A stretch of DNA of 64,000 nt from a virus. Below, piece after piece: positions 36,625-45,035 of this stretch; position 1 is the stretch's first letter; each line of letters starts with the position of its first letter. The notes beneath the pieces are model-generated. The model ran no database searches. It was not told the origin of the DNA and saw only the letters and a list, made by a program, of their open reading frames with translations. The position numbers and the translations under genes were made by a program. The stretch lies in the IMG/VR virus record IMGVR_UViG_3300042451_001197, positions 32,001 to 96,000 of that record; one strand, 5' to 3'.

Positions 36625-36861
36625 TTAAATCACTTCTTCAAGAAATTGTTTATATAATTTCAAGGCTAATTGACTATTTTGTAACTGACTTCTATAATGA
36701 GTTATAGTGACACTAAAATCTGTTTCGGGACAAATTAATTTAACCCCCTGATGTAGTGGTACTCCAACAGATTGTCCTCCACTTGAAAGTCTATCTGGTG
36801 GATATCTTTCAACCTTAATTTGATTGAGTAATCTTTCGATTATTTCTTCTTTAGTTACCAT
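36625..36861 (-). CDS. Hypothetical protein with release-factor-like GGQ segment
   Basis: SGGQSVG...RSQLQN..LA resembles the class I RF/ArfB GGQ...RSQ..N domain; start taken at MVTKEE. Confidence 0.45.
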   Translation of the reverse strand: MVTKEEIIERLLNQIKVERYPPDRLSSGGQSVGVPLHQGVKLICPETDFSVTITHYRSQLQNSQLALKLYKQFLEEVI

Positions 36862-36863
36862 AA

Positions 36864-37529
36864 TTAATATCCGTAATAAAACATTACATTTTTCTCCCAA
36901 TCAAATGATTTATAAATTCTAACGAGTTCGAAGATACCATATTCGTATTTCCAACTAGTTGTTATTTGATCTCCTTTTTCTAAATTAAATGGGGTTAAAT
37001 AATTCCATTCTGATCTCATACTTCTAATATGTTCTATAATTTCAAAAAGAGCCGTTTGTTGGTCATCTGTTATTTTAGTAAAATCAAACTTATACTTGTT
37101 TTTAATACCATAATCAACTTTAATACTATTTAGAAAATCATTATCTCTTTTATCAAATTTACCATCCCCAAAAAAAGGGGTTATCATTTCGTTATAATAA
37201 TCAGTAATATTTGATTTATAAGTCCCTATAAGGTATTTTAAAAATTCGGGCGTAACCACCCAAAAGTCATATTCTTCATATCTGTCTTTCATTTCTTTTT
37301 TCTTAAAGAATGGTTTCATACATCCTTTAGGTGGGTTGAAGTCGGTATATTTTCCGAAATTATATAACTCTTTACCGTATTCATAAACTCCTTTGTACCA
37401 ATAGTCTGTACCATCATATTCTTTTTCAAGTTCAATCCCGTAAAACTCTCTAACTTGTTCAGAGGTCATTGATTTAATCTTGTTATATTCTTTTTTAGGT
37501 ATTTCCGCTATGTATGTTCTATATCCCAT
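36864..37529 (-). CDS. Hypothetical protein
   Basis: 221 aa ORF. Confidence 0.65.
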   Translation of the reverse strand: MGYRTYIAEIPKKEYNKIKSMTSEQVREFYGIELEKEYDGTDYWYKGVYEYGKELYNFGKYTDFNPPKGCMKPFFKKKEMKDRYEEYDFWVVTPEFLKYLIGTYKSNITDYYNEMITPFFGDGKFDKRDNDFLNSIKVDYGIKNKYKFDFTKITDDQQTALFEIIEHIRSMRSEWNYLTPFNLEKGDQITTSWKYEYGIFELVRIYKSFDWEKNVMFYYGY

Positions 37530-37530
37530 C

Positions 37531-37737
37531 TTATTTGTTAATTCTGTAAATGAATAATGTATCTACCTTTTTACCATCGGTTGTGAGTTTAATCTCTGGT
37601 GTAATTCTTTTTGGTGATTCAATAGATTTTTCTTTGAAGTAGTCATAACTTATATACCCACCAAAACCTATTGTACCTATAATTCCGATGATTGTTAATG
37701 TAACTAAACAACCTATCGCTTTTCCTAATCCTTCCAT
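37531..37737 (-). CDS. Small membrane protein
   Basis: One TM helix; DTLFIY tail. Confidence 0.55.
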   Translation of the reverse strand: MEGLGKAIGCLVTLTIIGIIGTIGFGGYISYDYFKEKSIESPKRITPEIKLTTDGKKVDTLFIYRINK

Positions 37738-37738
37738 T

Positions 37739-38146
37739 TTAGTTATGTTTTATTATTTCAAATTGTTTCCCACTCATTACTTTGAGAGAGTTTACCCAAT
37801 CACAAGCCTCTTCGTAGGTCACAAAGGATTGGTAAGCGTGTTGTTTGTGTTCAAGATTAATCGTAACTTTTGGTCTATTCCAAACATTTGTATCGTTATC
37901 GATTAAGTAACCTGACTTAATCAAATCTTCTCTTGTACTTGGAGTTTGGTCCCATTCATAATCAAAACTACCATTTTTATAGGACCCATACATATAAAAC
38001 CCTTCTTCGTGGTACCTATCCAATTTAATTAAACCAAAGAAAGTTGTTTTTTGTTTTCTTGGTAACCATTTGTAGTAGGAAGGGGATTTATCAAATATCT
38101 CAATTCCAACTATTCTACTTACATCAAAGTGTATTTCTCTTTTCAT
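37739..38146 (-). CDS. Hypothetical protein
   Basis: ORF track. Confidence 0.6.
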   Translation of the reverse strand: MKREIHFDVSRIVGIEIFDKSPSYYKWLPRKQKTTFFGLIKLDRYHEEGFYMYGSYKNGSFDYEWDQTPSTREDLIKSGYLIDNDTNVWNRPKVTINLEHKQHAYQSFVTYEEACDWVNSLKVMSGKQFEIIKHN

Positions 38147-38147
38147 A

Positions 38148-38498
38148 TTATTTTCTTTTAGGTGTTTCGTAATTTTCTTTTAACCAATTCCAAATATCAT
38201 TTAGGTTTGTTAAATCTTGGTCACAAATGTTTTTAAATATATCGTCCCAAGTTTCTTCATCCGGTATGATGAATATATCTTCAGTAATATCCATTCTAGG
38301 TAAAAAATTCTTAATAAAATTAACCTCTCTACCCTCAACCCAATATGTTGATAAATCTGGATTGATTAAACTTATTTTAGATACTTCAGTTTCAAAAACA
38401 ATTTGTTTTACATCCCCAGGACTACCTTTATAATGGGGGTCATTATCCCAATACTTAACAACCCATCCCTTTTCTGTTTTATGTAATGTTCCTGTCAT
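38148..38498 (-). CDS. Mosaic small protein
   Basis: M.GTLHKTE..W.VK shared with 39298 ORF; ETWD...WNWLKEN...PK.K shared with 39691 ORF. Confidence 0.6.
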   Translation of the reverse strand: MTGTLHKTEKGWVVKYWDNDPHYKGSPGDVKQIVFETEVSKISLINPDLSTYWVEGREVNFIKNFLPRMDITEDIFIIPDEETWDDIFKNICDQDLTNLNDIWNWLKENYETPKRK

Positions 38499-38499
38499 A

Positions 38500-38985
38500 T
38501 TAAAAACTTACGAGATTTAATTGTTTTTTTCCACTTTCCACATTTTCAATATCTTTCTTTAACCATTCAATTTTGTTGGTATTATATCTAATGTCATTCT
38601 CAAGTTCAACTATTTTATTTTTTAAACCTTGGATAACAACATCTTTCGACATTTCAGTTCCTTTCTTAATTAGATATTTTGCACGATATCCTTTATGAAT
38701 TCCCAAAAACACCACATCTTCTTTGTTATAGTATTTTGATTTCCACTCATTAATTTCCTCCATTTCACCCAGATTACATAAAAACTTTATATCACCTTTA
38801 GTTTTAATTTCATCCATAGAATTAAAAGTTTTATTATCAGAGGACCAATATGTGTCCTCATAATAGGTAACACCATTTCTTTCCTTTTCAATTAATATAC
38901 CGTCAAAACAATGGTATAAATCTCTATTTGGATTTTGTTTTATAAATTCCTCCGAATAACGGAATCGGTAAACATCGTTTTTCAT
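38500..38985 (-). CDS. Hypothetical phage protein
   Basis: YHCFDG, DTYW motifs and C-terminal coiled coil. Confidence 0.6.
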   Translation of the reverse strand: MKNDVYRFRYSEEFIKQNPNRDLYHCFDGILIEKERNGVTYYEDTYWSSDNKTFNSMDEIKTKGDIKFLCNLGEMEEINEWKSKYYNKEDVVFLGIHKGYRAKYLIKKGTEMSKDVVIQGLKNKIVELENDIRYNTNKIEWLKKDIENVESGKKQLNLVSF

Positions 38986-38986
38986 A

Positions 38987-39301
38987 TCACTTTCTACAGA
39001 TTATTAAACTATCATTTTCCATTACAACATCACTTACCTCAATTGTCTTATTGGTTTGTTTGTTGACTAATATTACTGACTCCATACGCTTACCTACTTG
39101 ATATGTAACTGAGTTTAAATTACTATTAAGTACCGCAACATTAATTGAATGTCCTCGACCAGTTGAAACATTATATATTTTTAAACCTTTCAATTCTGTT
39201 GGAAGATTTTTATGGTCATCCAAAAGGATTTCTGACGTTCCTGGGTCTGAACAACTTGATATTAATAATAAAGTTGTTATTGTTAAAATTATTTTTTTCA
39301 T
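38987..39301 (-). CDS. Putative lipoprotein
   Basis: MKKIILTITTLLLISS-C. Confidence 0.7.
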   Translation of the reverse strand: MKKIILTITTLLLISSCSDPGTSEILLDDHKNLPTELKGLKIYNVSTGRGHSINVAVLNSNLNSVTYQVGKRMESVILVNKQTNKTIEVSDVVMENDSLIICRK

Positions 39302-39687
39302 TTTTTCTTCTTAGATTTTGATTTGGTTTCAAATTCTTCGGTATGTTCGTATGCTCCGTCAGGACCTATTTGAAAGTCGTCAGATACAAAAGGCGGCTCA
39401 TCTTCTAATCCATCCATTAATGTTACATCCCATATAGTTAAATCTTCACGTAATGATATTCTAGCGTATTTAATCGCTTCAAACGATAATGTCTCTCCAC
39501 GAGTAGGTTCTAAGTCTTTTGGTATATAAGGAATTATTTCAAAGTCTACTTCATCACCATCTTTATAAAATCCTTGTTTACCTGATTGTTCACCTAACCA
39601 CCAGTTTTGATTTGGTTCTATTGGTGTTGGTTTTCCATCGTGTTTAACAAACCAACTATCTTCTGTTTTATGTAGAGTGCCTTTCAT
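39298..39687 (-). CDS. Mosaic small protein
   Basis: WDVTLMDGLEDEPP..SDDFQIGPDGAYEHTEEF block. Confidence 0.6.
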   Translation of the reverse strand: MKGTLHKTEDSWFVKHDGKPTPIEPNQNWWLGEQSGKQGFYKDGDEVDFEIIPYIPKDLEPTRGETLSFEAIKYARISLREDLTIWDVTLMDGLEDEPPFVSDDFQIGPDGAYEHTEEFETKSKSKKKK

Positions 39688-39909
39688 ATGTTATTTTGTT
39701 TTAGGTGATTCTAAATTTTCCTTCAGCCAATTCCAAACCATTTTTCTATATTCCTCGTCCCAAGTTTCAAACTCTTCGGTGTGTTCACATACTCCGTCAG
39801 CTCCGTCAAATTCTTCGGTATGTTCGTATGCTCCGTCAGGACCTATTTGAAAGTCATCAGATATATATGGTGGTTCATCTTCCAATCCATCCATTAATGT
39901 TACATCCCA
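39329..39909. repeat. About 100-bp direct repeat (39329-39432 and 39806-39909) plus a short internal duplication
   Basis: TCAAATTCTTCGGTATGTTCGTATGCTCCGTCAGGACCTATTTGAAAGTC...AATCCATCCATTAATGTTACATCCCA twice. Confidence 0.9.
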
Positions 39910-40143
39910 ATCAGATAGGTCATCAGAATAAGTTTCGTTGTAGTATTCTTCACCCTTTTTAAGTACTTCTTTTAGGTGATGTGTTTTTAATCCACTTCCG
40001 TGAACAACAGAATATATTACCTGTTCTTTCTCCATTTCTTTAGCTTGTTCAAAAGCCTTTGAACCTTCCTGAATTGTTGCTTCTTGGTTATCATTGAACC
40101 ATCTAAATAACCACTCAACCGCGGTTTGTTTTTTATTTTCCAT
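39691..40143 (-). CDS. QTAVEWL-family mosaic protein (start corrected)
   Basis: MENKKQTAVEWL...AKEMEKEQ...YYNETY plus shared block. Confidence 0.65.
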   Translation of the reverse strand: MENKKQTAVEWLFRWFNDNQEATIQEGSKAFEQAKEMEKEQVIYSVVHGSGLKTHHLKEVLKKGEEYYNETYSDDLSDWDVTLMDGLEDEPPYISDDFQIGPDGAYEHTEEFDGADGVCEHTEEFETWDEEYRKMVWNWLKENLESPKTK

Positions 40144-40360
40144 AAATTTCATTATAATAATTTTCAGCGTCTTTAGCTCCACCCCAATCTGAACATCCGT
40201 ATTTTACCGCACTACATATTTGTTCCTTTTCCTCTTCTAATAACTCAACCGCCTTGTCGATTGCTTCTCCAAAGCTAAGTGTTTTTTGTGGGTGTTTGAG
40301 TAACATTTCATCACCCCAAGATATTAGTTCTTGTAATGCTGTTCGTTTTTTATTTTCCAT
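40133..40360 (-). CDS. QTAVEWL-family paralogue (start corrected)
   Basis: MENKKRTALQEL...EKEQI...YYNEIYGK. Confidence 0.65.
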   Translation of the reverse strand: MENKKRTALQELISWGDEMLLKHPQKTLSFGEAIDKAVELLEEEKEQICSAVKYGCSDWGGAKDAENYYNEIYGK

Positions 40361-40586
40361 AAATTTTGTTATAATCTTCTTCAAAATCATTATCTGTTGG
40401 TGAATCATAACAACCGCATGAGTAGTCATCACCTCTATAAAAAAAATCTTTCATTTGTTTTTTTTCCATTTCTTTGGCTTTGATGGCGATATCTTCAGGT
40501 ATTCCAAAATCCAAATCATAGTTTTCGTCATTTAAACGACTAACTTCTCCGAGTAACCACTCAACTGCAGTTTGTTTCTTTTCCAT
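40350..40586 (-). CDS. QTAVEWL-family paralogue
   Basis: MEKKQTAVEWL...AKEMEKKQ...YNKIYGK. Confidence 0.65.
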   Translation of the reverse strand: MEKKQTAVEWLLGEVSRLNDENYDLDFGIPEDIAIKAKEMEKKQMKDFFYRGDDYSCGCYDSPTDNDFEEDYNKIYGK

Positions 40587-41086
40587 TACTTTAAAAACTT
40601 TAAAATCTTTTCTTTAATTCCACATTGTTTGATACCTTCTTTACTCCGAGGTGTTTGAACGAAGTTACTTAAATAACTTAAATCCATATCATCAACCGCA
40701 ACCCAATGTGTAACTTCGGGATGTTCTTTTAACCAATCCTGTATCTCAAAACAACGAGTCATTTCCAACTCATTACCAGGATGAACATCTTTGAATAATT
40801 TCCAATCCAAGTCATTACGAGTATAATCAATTGGTGACTTTTTAATTCCACGAATCTTATATAGTTCCTTCATCTGTTCCAAGGTACAATGAAATCTCCA
40901 ATCAGAACTAACCACGATTTCACAATCTGTTTCTTCTATAATTTGGTTTAATGTTTTGATTGCTTTGTCATTGAATCGGTCGAATAAAGAATCAAACCCT
41001 TCTTTGTTTTTAAAACGTGAACCCCATTCTGTGGACAAACAAATTACCGAATCGTGGTCCAAGAAAATTATCTTATTTGTTTTCAT
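40586..41086 (-). CDS. HAD-superfamily protein (Swiss-army-knife RNA-repair-type HAD)
   Basis: IIFLDHDSV, IVVSSDWR, R..EI..WL, WVAVDD. Confidence 0.8.
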   Translation of the reverse strand: MKTNKIIFLDHDSVICLSTEWGSRFKNKEGFDSLFDRFNDKAIKTLNQIIEETDCEIVVSSDWRFHCTLEQMKELYKIRGIKKSPIDYTRNDLDWKLFKDVHPGNELEMTRCFEIQDWLKEHPEVTHWVAVDDMDLSYLSNFVQTPRSKEGIKQCGIKEKILKFLK

Positions 41087-41136
41087 ATCACAAAGATACG
41101 AAATTAATTTGAAATAAACAAATAATTTAAAAAAAA

Positions 41137-41397
41137 TTAATCAAAATTATTACCTTTGAACCTGTCATTATCCAAATCATCGACATATGATTTTAGGTTG
41201 GAGAGTTCAATTGATATTCTTCTATTCTCATCTTCAAGGATTCTATTATCTTCCAATTTTTCTGAGAATATTGTGTAACCATATTCGATAATGGACATCT
41301 CATTATCCGTTAAATCTTCGACGCTAACGGATATTCTGTTTGACATCATCTCAACATATCTTTCCTTTAAGGTTTTAATTTTAAATGGTTTTTCCAT
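41137..41397 (-). CDS. Hypothetical protein
   Basis: Likely start MEKPFK. Confidence 0.5.
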   Translation of the reverse strand: MEKPFKIKTLKERYVEMMSNRISVSVEDLTDNEMSIIEYGYTIFSEKLEDNRILEDENRRISIELSNLKSYVDDLDNDRFKGNNFD

Positions 41398-41553
41398 AAT
41401 CAGAATTCTTTTTCCAACATTCAAACATTTTTTCAAGCCATTCAGGTCCGTCATCATAGGTTAGACCATCAATCTCTGCGTGAGTATTCCTGATAACCCA
41501 AGATGTCCAATTTAATAACCAATTTTCCATATTACAAAGATACGAAATTATTT

Positions 41554-42411
41554 TTATTTGGTTTTATATTTCCCCAAAAAATTTTCAATTTCTTCTCTTG
41601 TTACGTTTACCGACTTATCACCTAATTCTTCCATAAATTTTTCTTTAAGTTCAATTGGGATATTAATCTTTGAAAGTTTCAAATTAATTTTACCTTCTTT
41701 TGAATTGTCTAAATCCTTTTCAAAGAAAAAAATCGAAGCGTGTGTAATCTTTTCTGTATTTAACCCAAAAAGTTCATTTTTTTCAAAACCCGATTCACTT
41801 TCAACAATTTCAAACATACCTCTAACCATAACACCTTTTTCGCCTTTAATTTGATAAGTTTCAGGATTATCTAAAATTTTATCTAAAGTTTCGTGAAGTT
41901 GTTTTCTTAATTGTTGCTCGTGAGTATCTTCTATGTCATTAATCATACTCGGACTTCCATAGGCATAAATTGTTTTGTCTTGTGATATTTCGGGTGAGAA
42001 TTCCAAAACAATTTTCTTTTTTGGTCCAAACGTTTCAGGGTTATAAATTGTTGGAGTAATGCAAGCACCATCTAAAACGGGTTCGTGAATTTTTTTTGGG
42101 TCATACATTTCGGGAGTTAATGCCAATGATAATAAATAACATTTTCCCTTAAATTTTTGATTTGGTCCGACTTTATAAGTTAGACTTTGTATTGTTTTTT
42201 TATTTTCATCAAGTGTAACAGGATGTTTCATAATGACAATTTCATCACACTCCGAAAACTCTTCACATTGTTTAATCCTATCAATATATGGTTCAAGTTC
42301 TTCCCCATAAATCGTAATATCAGTAAGACCCTGAATATTCAATAAATAACCTTTTTTATTTTCCAGTTCTCCCGAACTTAAAATTTCTTCCACTAATTCT
42401 TTTAATTTCAT
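41554..42411 (-). CDS. Hypothetical protein
   Basis: 285 aa ORF. Confidence 0.65.
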   Translation of the reverse strand: MKLKELVEEILSSGELENKKGYLLNIQGLTDITIYGEELEPYIDRIKQCEEFSECDEIVIMKHPVTLDENKKTIQSLTYKVGPNQKFKGKCYLLSLALTPEMYDPKKIHEPVLDGACITPTIYNPETFGPKKKIVLEFSPEISQDKTIYAYGSPSMINDIEDTHEQQLRKQLHETLDKILDNPETYQIKGEKGVMVRGMFEIVESESGFEKNELFGLNTEKITHASIFFFEKDLDNSKEGKINLKLSKINIPIELKEKFMEELGDKSVNVTREEIENFLGKYKTK

Positions 42412-42414
42412 AAT

Positions 42415-42624
42415 TTAATTTGTATTATATAGTTTATTGTTAATCCAATTTTCCCTAAACTGATTTGTTTTCTCAGTTAGTTCTTGACTTTCTTCGGGTG
42501 TAAGAATTTTAATAACTCTTCTTGGTGTTCCATCTGGTCGTTCCAATAATTGTGGTGCAATAATTCCTTGGTTATACAACCAACTTGCTAACTTAAATTG
42601 TAATTTTACTAGTAGTGTTTCCAT
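42415..42624 (-). CDS. Hypothetical protein
   Basis: ORF track. Confidence 0.5.
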   Translation of the reverse strand: METLLVKLQFKLASWLYNQGIIAPQLLERPDGTPRRVIKILTPEESQELTEKTNQFRENWINNKLYNTN

Positions 42625-42742
42625 AATTTTTCATTTTGTTAATCTATATCCGACAAACCATAGGTCAACTCTGAAAAACCATAAACCATTATGTTTTCCT
42701 AGTCCAACCCTTAACATTCGGTTATCCTTGTCTAATTGGATT

Positions 42743-43093
42743 TTAGTTATTTTCATTTTTGAATAATTCAGTCCAATTTGTATTCTCATCCATTATTTCA
42801 ATCTCAGAATCATATTCTTTTGATTTATCCATTAATGAATCGAGGACTCCTTTTGTGTAATATGTTCGAACACCATAATAGTCTTTTCTACATTTATAAC
42901 AACTTCCCGAATTACCATAAAAGTAATAATAATCACCTTCTTCTTCAAGTTTTGTTATTCCACTATTAATTTTCCAAGCATCACCATTAAGATAACCACC
43001 AACCCAGGTTGCAAATACTTTGTGGTGAATTTGTTCTTTGTTTGTTATTTTTAATATAACCCAACCATCAGGTATTTCAGATACATTTCTCAT
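42743..43093 (-). CDS. Hypothetical phage protein
   Basis: PD.WV.LKI...W.GGYL.GD.W..NSGI...F.G.SGS.Y.C. Confidence 0.7.
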   Translation of the reverse strand: MRNVSEIPDGWVILKITNKEQIHHKVFATWVGGYLNGDAWKINSGITKLEEEGDYYYFYGNSGSCYKCRKDYYGVRTYYTKGVLDSLMDKSKEYDSEIEIMDENTNWTELFKNENN

Positions 43094-43142
43094 ATTATTT
43101 TATAATACAAAGATACAAAATTTATTTGAATTAAACAAATTT

Positions 43143-43943
43143 TTAGATGGGTAAATTTACCTTTGATAGTAGTTGGTTTGAAACGTGAGTGTAAATTTCG
43201 GTAGTTTTTACATTTGAGTGACCTAATATTTTCTGAATTACTCTTATATCAGTACCATTCTCTAAAAGATTTGTTGCAAAACTATGTCTTAATTGATGTA
43301 TGTGATATTTTTCACCCAAATATTTTTTAACAATTTGATTACAACTACCAGAACTATATTGTAAACTATTTTGACCATTGAAAAGGTATTCTTTTGGTTG
43401 ACACTCTTTGAAGTATATTCTTAATAAGAATAAGATGTTCTGGGAAAGTGGAACTACTCTATCTTTTCTACCTTTAGCGTTTTTAATATGAATAATCATT
43501 CTTTTGGAATCGATATCTTCAATTTTAAGGTTAATTACTTCCGATACTCTTAATCCGACCGAATAAGTTAAAGATAATATCGTTTTATGTTTAAGATTGG
43601 TAATTTTAGATAATTGTTCTTTAATATACTCTCCATCAATAACCTGTGGTAACTTCTTCTCAGATTTAGGTCGTTTGAATGAAACTTTATCATACTTCTT
43701 ATTTAACCCAAATTTGTAAAGAAAACGGATTGCGTTTATTACTTGGTTTTGTTGAGATACTGAGGTGAATTTATAATTATCCAGATACGTTTGAAAATCT
43801 TTGGAATTGCAGTGTGTTATTTGTTTAGCGCCTAACGTATTTAAGAAATTTCGTATATGCGAAAGATAATTATCGCGAGTTCTTGGTGAATAGTTTAAAT
43901 ATATAAACTTTTCTTCACAAATCTTTATAATTTTAGTGTTCAA
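43143..43943 (-). CDS. Tyrosine recombinase, IntI-like N-terminal SAM domain, no IntI-specific insertion
   Basis: YS.RT...Y, S.SQQNQ.INAI.F, KKLP.V, YSVGLRVSE, KGRKDR, HQLRHSFAT, LGH....TTEIYTHV. Confidence 0.93.
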   Translation of the reverse strand: MNTKIIKICEEKFIYLNYSPRTRDNYLSHIRNFLNTLGAKQITHCNSKDFQTYLDNYKFTSVSQQNQVINAIRFLYKFGLNKKYDKVSFKRPKSEKKLPQVIDGEYIKEQLSKITNLKHKTILSLTYSVGLRVSEVINLKIEDIDSKRMIIHIKNAKGRKDRVVPLSQNILFLLRIYFKECQPKEYLFNGQNSLQYSSGSCNQIVKKYLGEKYHIHQLRHSFATNLLENGTDIRVIQKILGHSNVKTTEIYTHVSNQLLSKVNLPI

Positions 43944-44087
43944 GTTATTTATTTTTAATCAGTTAGACTATACTTGTTTATATATAATAGTTATAAGTAA
44001 TTTTTGAAACCGAAGACCCGAACTTCTTTAGTACTCCCTAATCACACCCGAAAAGAGTAGTGATTCCCATAAGTTTCAAAAACATAC

Positions 44088-44141
44088 TTATAACAAATGA
44101 TAAACAACATTAAAACGATTGTTTATCATCAGTCGTTAGGT
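44088..44141. repeat. attC-like site 1
   Basis: TTATAAC-AA-ATGATAAACAA..TTGTTTATCAT-CAGTC-GTTAGGT. Confidence 0.8.
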
Positions 44142-44150
44142 TCAATTAAA

Positions 44151-44372
44151 TTATTGTTTTGAGTTTAATATATTTTTCTCAACCCATTCAGAAGAAAAAT
44201 ATGGTAGTCCTTCTTCATTGATAACTCTATTCAAATCTTCAACAAGTTCCTTTCTTTGTGTCATTTGTTTCAATTTTTCTTCTTCATTAAATTTCATACA
44301 CTCTCTATCAAACTTAATACGTTCTTTCATATCAAGATTTTTATACATTTCAAATAATTCTTTCATTTTCAT
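44151..44372 (-). CDS. Cassette-borne hypothetical protein (frame open to 44453 inside attC-like site 2)
   Basis: MKMKELFEMY; lies within cassette body 2. Confidence 0.6.
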   Translation of the reverse strand: MKMKELFEMYKNLDMKERIKFDRECMKFNEEEKLKQMTQRKELVEDLNRVINEEGLPYFSSEWVEKNILNSKQ

Positions 44373-44411
44373 ATTTATATTTTTTAATTTGTAAAACAAT
44401 AATTTAACTAA

Positions 44412-44465
44412 ACCTAACAAATGATAAACAACATTAAAACGATTGTTTATCATCGGACGTTAGTG
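44412..44465. repeat. attC-like site 2 (near-identical to site 1)
   Basis: ACCTAAC-AA-ATGATAAACAA..TTGTTTATCAT-CGGAC-GTTAGTG. Confidence 0.8.
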
Positions 44466-44672
44466 GCAATTTGAGCCAAATAAATAATTATATTCGTTCA
44501 TATACCATTTTTCATCTATTGAATGTTGTATAAATCTAAGAGGATGTGTGCTTTTTAAGCATTTATTGCGTATTTTAGCTAATGCCTCTGAATGAGATAA
44601 ACTGCCACTAACAACAGATATAATCAATGGTGAGAATATCTTTTCATCTAACCTTTGTTCTTTATTCATCAT
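44460..44672 (-). CDS. Cassette ORF starting in attC-like site 3 loop, stop codon within TAAC core
   Basis: LIISVVSGS is the translated arm and core; ends CAC-TAA-C. Confidence 0.6.
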   Translation of the reverse strand: MMNKEQRLDEKIFSPLIISVVSGSLSHSEALAKIRNKCLKSTHPLRFIQHSIDEKWYMNEYNYLFGSNCH

Positions 44673-44730
44673 TTTTTGTTTTTAAATTTGTTCCTTTTAC
44701 ACCACTGATTATATCTGCAAACCGTTAGTG
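44606..44730. repeat. attC-like site 3 (long loop)
   Basis: CACTAAC-AA-CAGATATAATCA.TGGTG ... CACCA.TGATTATATCTG-CAAACC-GTTAGTG. Confidence 0.75.
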
Positions 44731-44735
44731 ATAAT

Positions 44736-44978
44736 TTATTTCTTAACAATCTTATATCCAAATTTGTCCAAAAGTTCTCTTATTTCCTTAGGTATTTCTC
44801 TTTCCATACCACCACAACTCATTCTGGTTCCAAGTGGTATTCTTTCCCAAATTTTCATAAGTAGTGTTAAAGTTTCCTTCGGAGATAAACTATCACTAAC
44901 ATCAGATATATTCAAGTTTTCTGATTCAGTTAGTTTCTGTTTGAAAGTGTCTATGTATTTTCTCATTTCGTGTTTCAT
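44736..44978 (-). CDS. Cassette ORF with LTE leader encoded in attC-like site 4 loop
   Basis: MKHEMRKYIDTFKQKLTE-SENLNISDVSDS; TATTTATA motif inside the loop. Confidence 0.65.
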   Translation of the reverse strand: MKHEMRKYIDTFKQKLTESENLNISDVSDSLSPKETLTLLMKIWERIPLGTRMSCGGMEREIPKEIRELLDKFGYKIVKK

Positions 44979-45035
44979 AATTTTGTTTTATATATAAATA
45001 TCAGAAAACCTAAATATATCTGAGTACCGTTATAT
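44894..45035. repeat. attC-like site 4 (long loop)
   Basis: CACTAAC-AT-CAGATATATT...GTTTTCTGAT ... ATCAGAAAAC...AATATATCTG-AGTACC-GTTATAT. Confidence 0.75.

Larger units (their letters stand above)
43990..45035. mobile_element. Integron-like cassette array (4 cassette bodies, 4 attC-like sites)
   Basis: Bodies 43990-44094, 44135-44418, 44459-44612, 44724-44900 each start GTTA and end with the complementary TAAC; hairpin sites lie between them. Confidence 0.75.

Noticed and set aside
43143-43943. Recombinase as a lysogeny integrase or XerC/D
   Set aside because: No arm-binding domain or repressor/excisionase context; the SAM-like N terminus and adjacent cassette array fit an integron-like role better, though this is not proven
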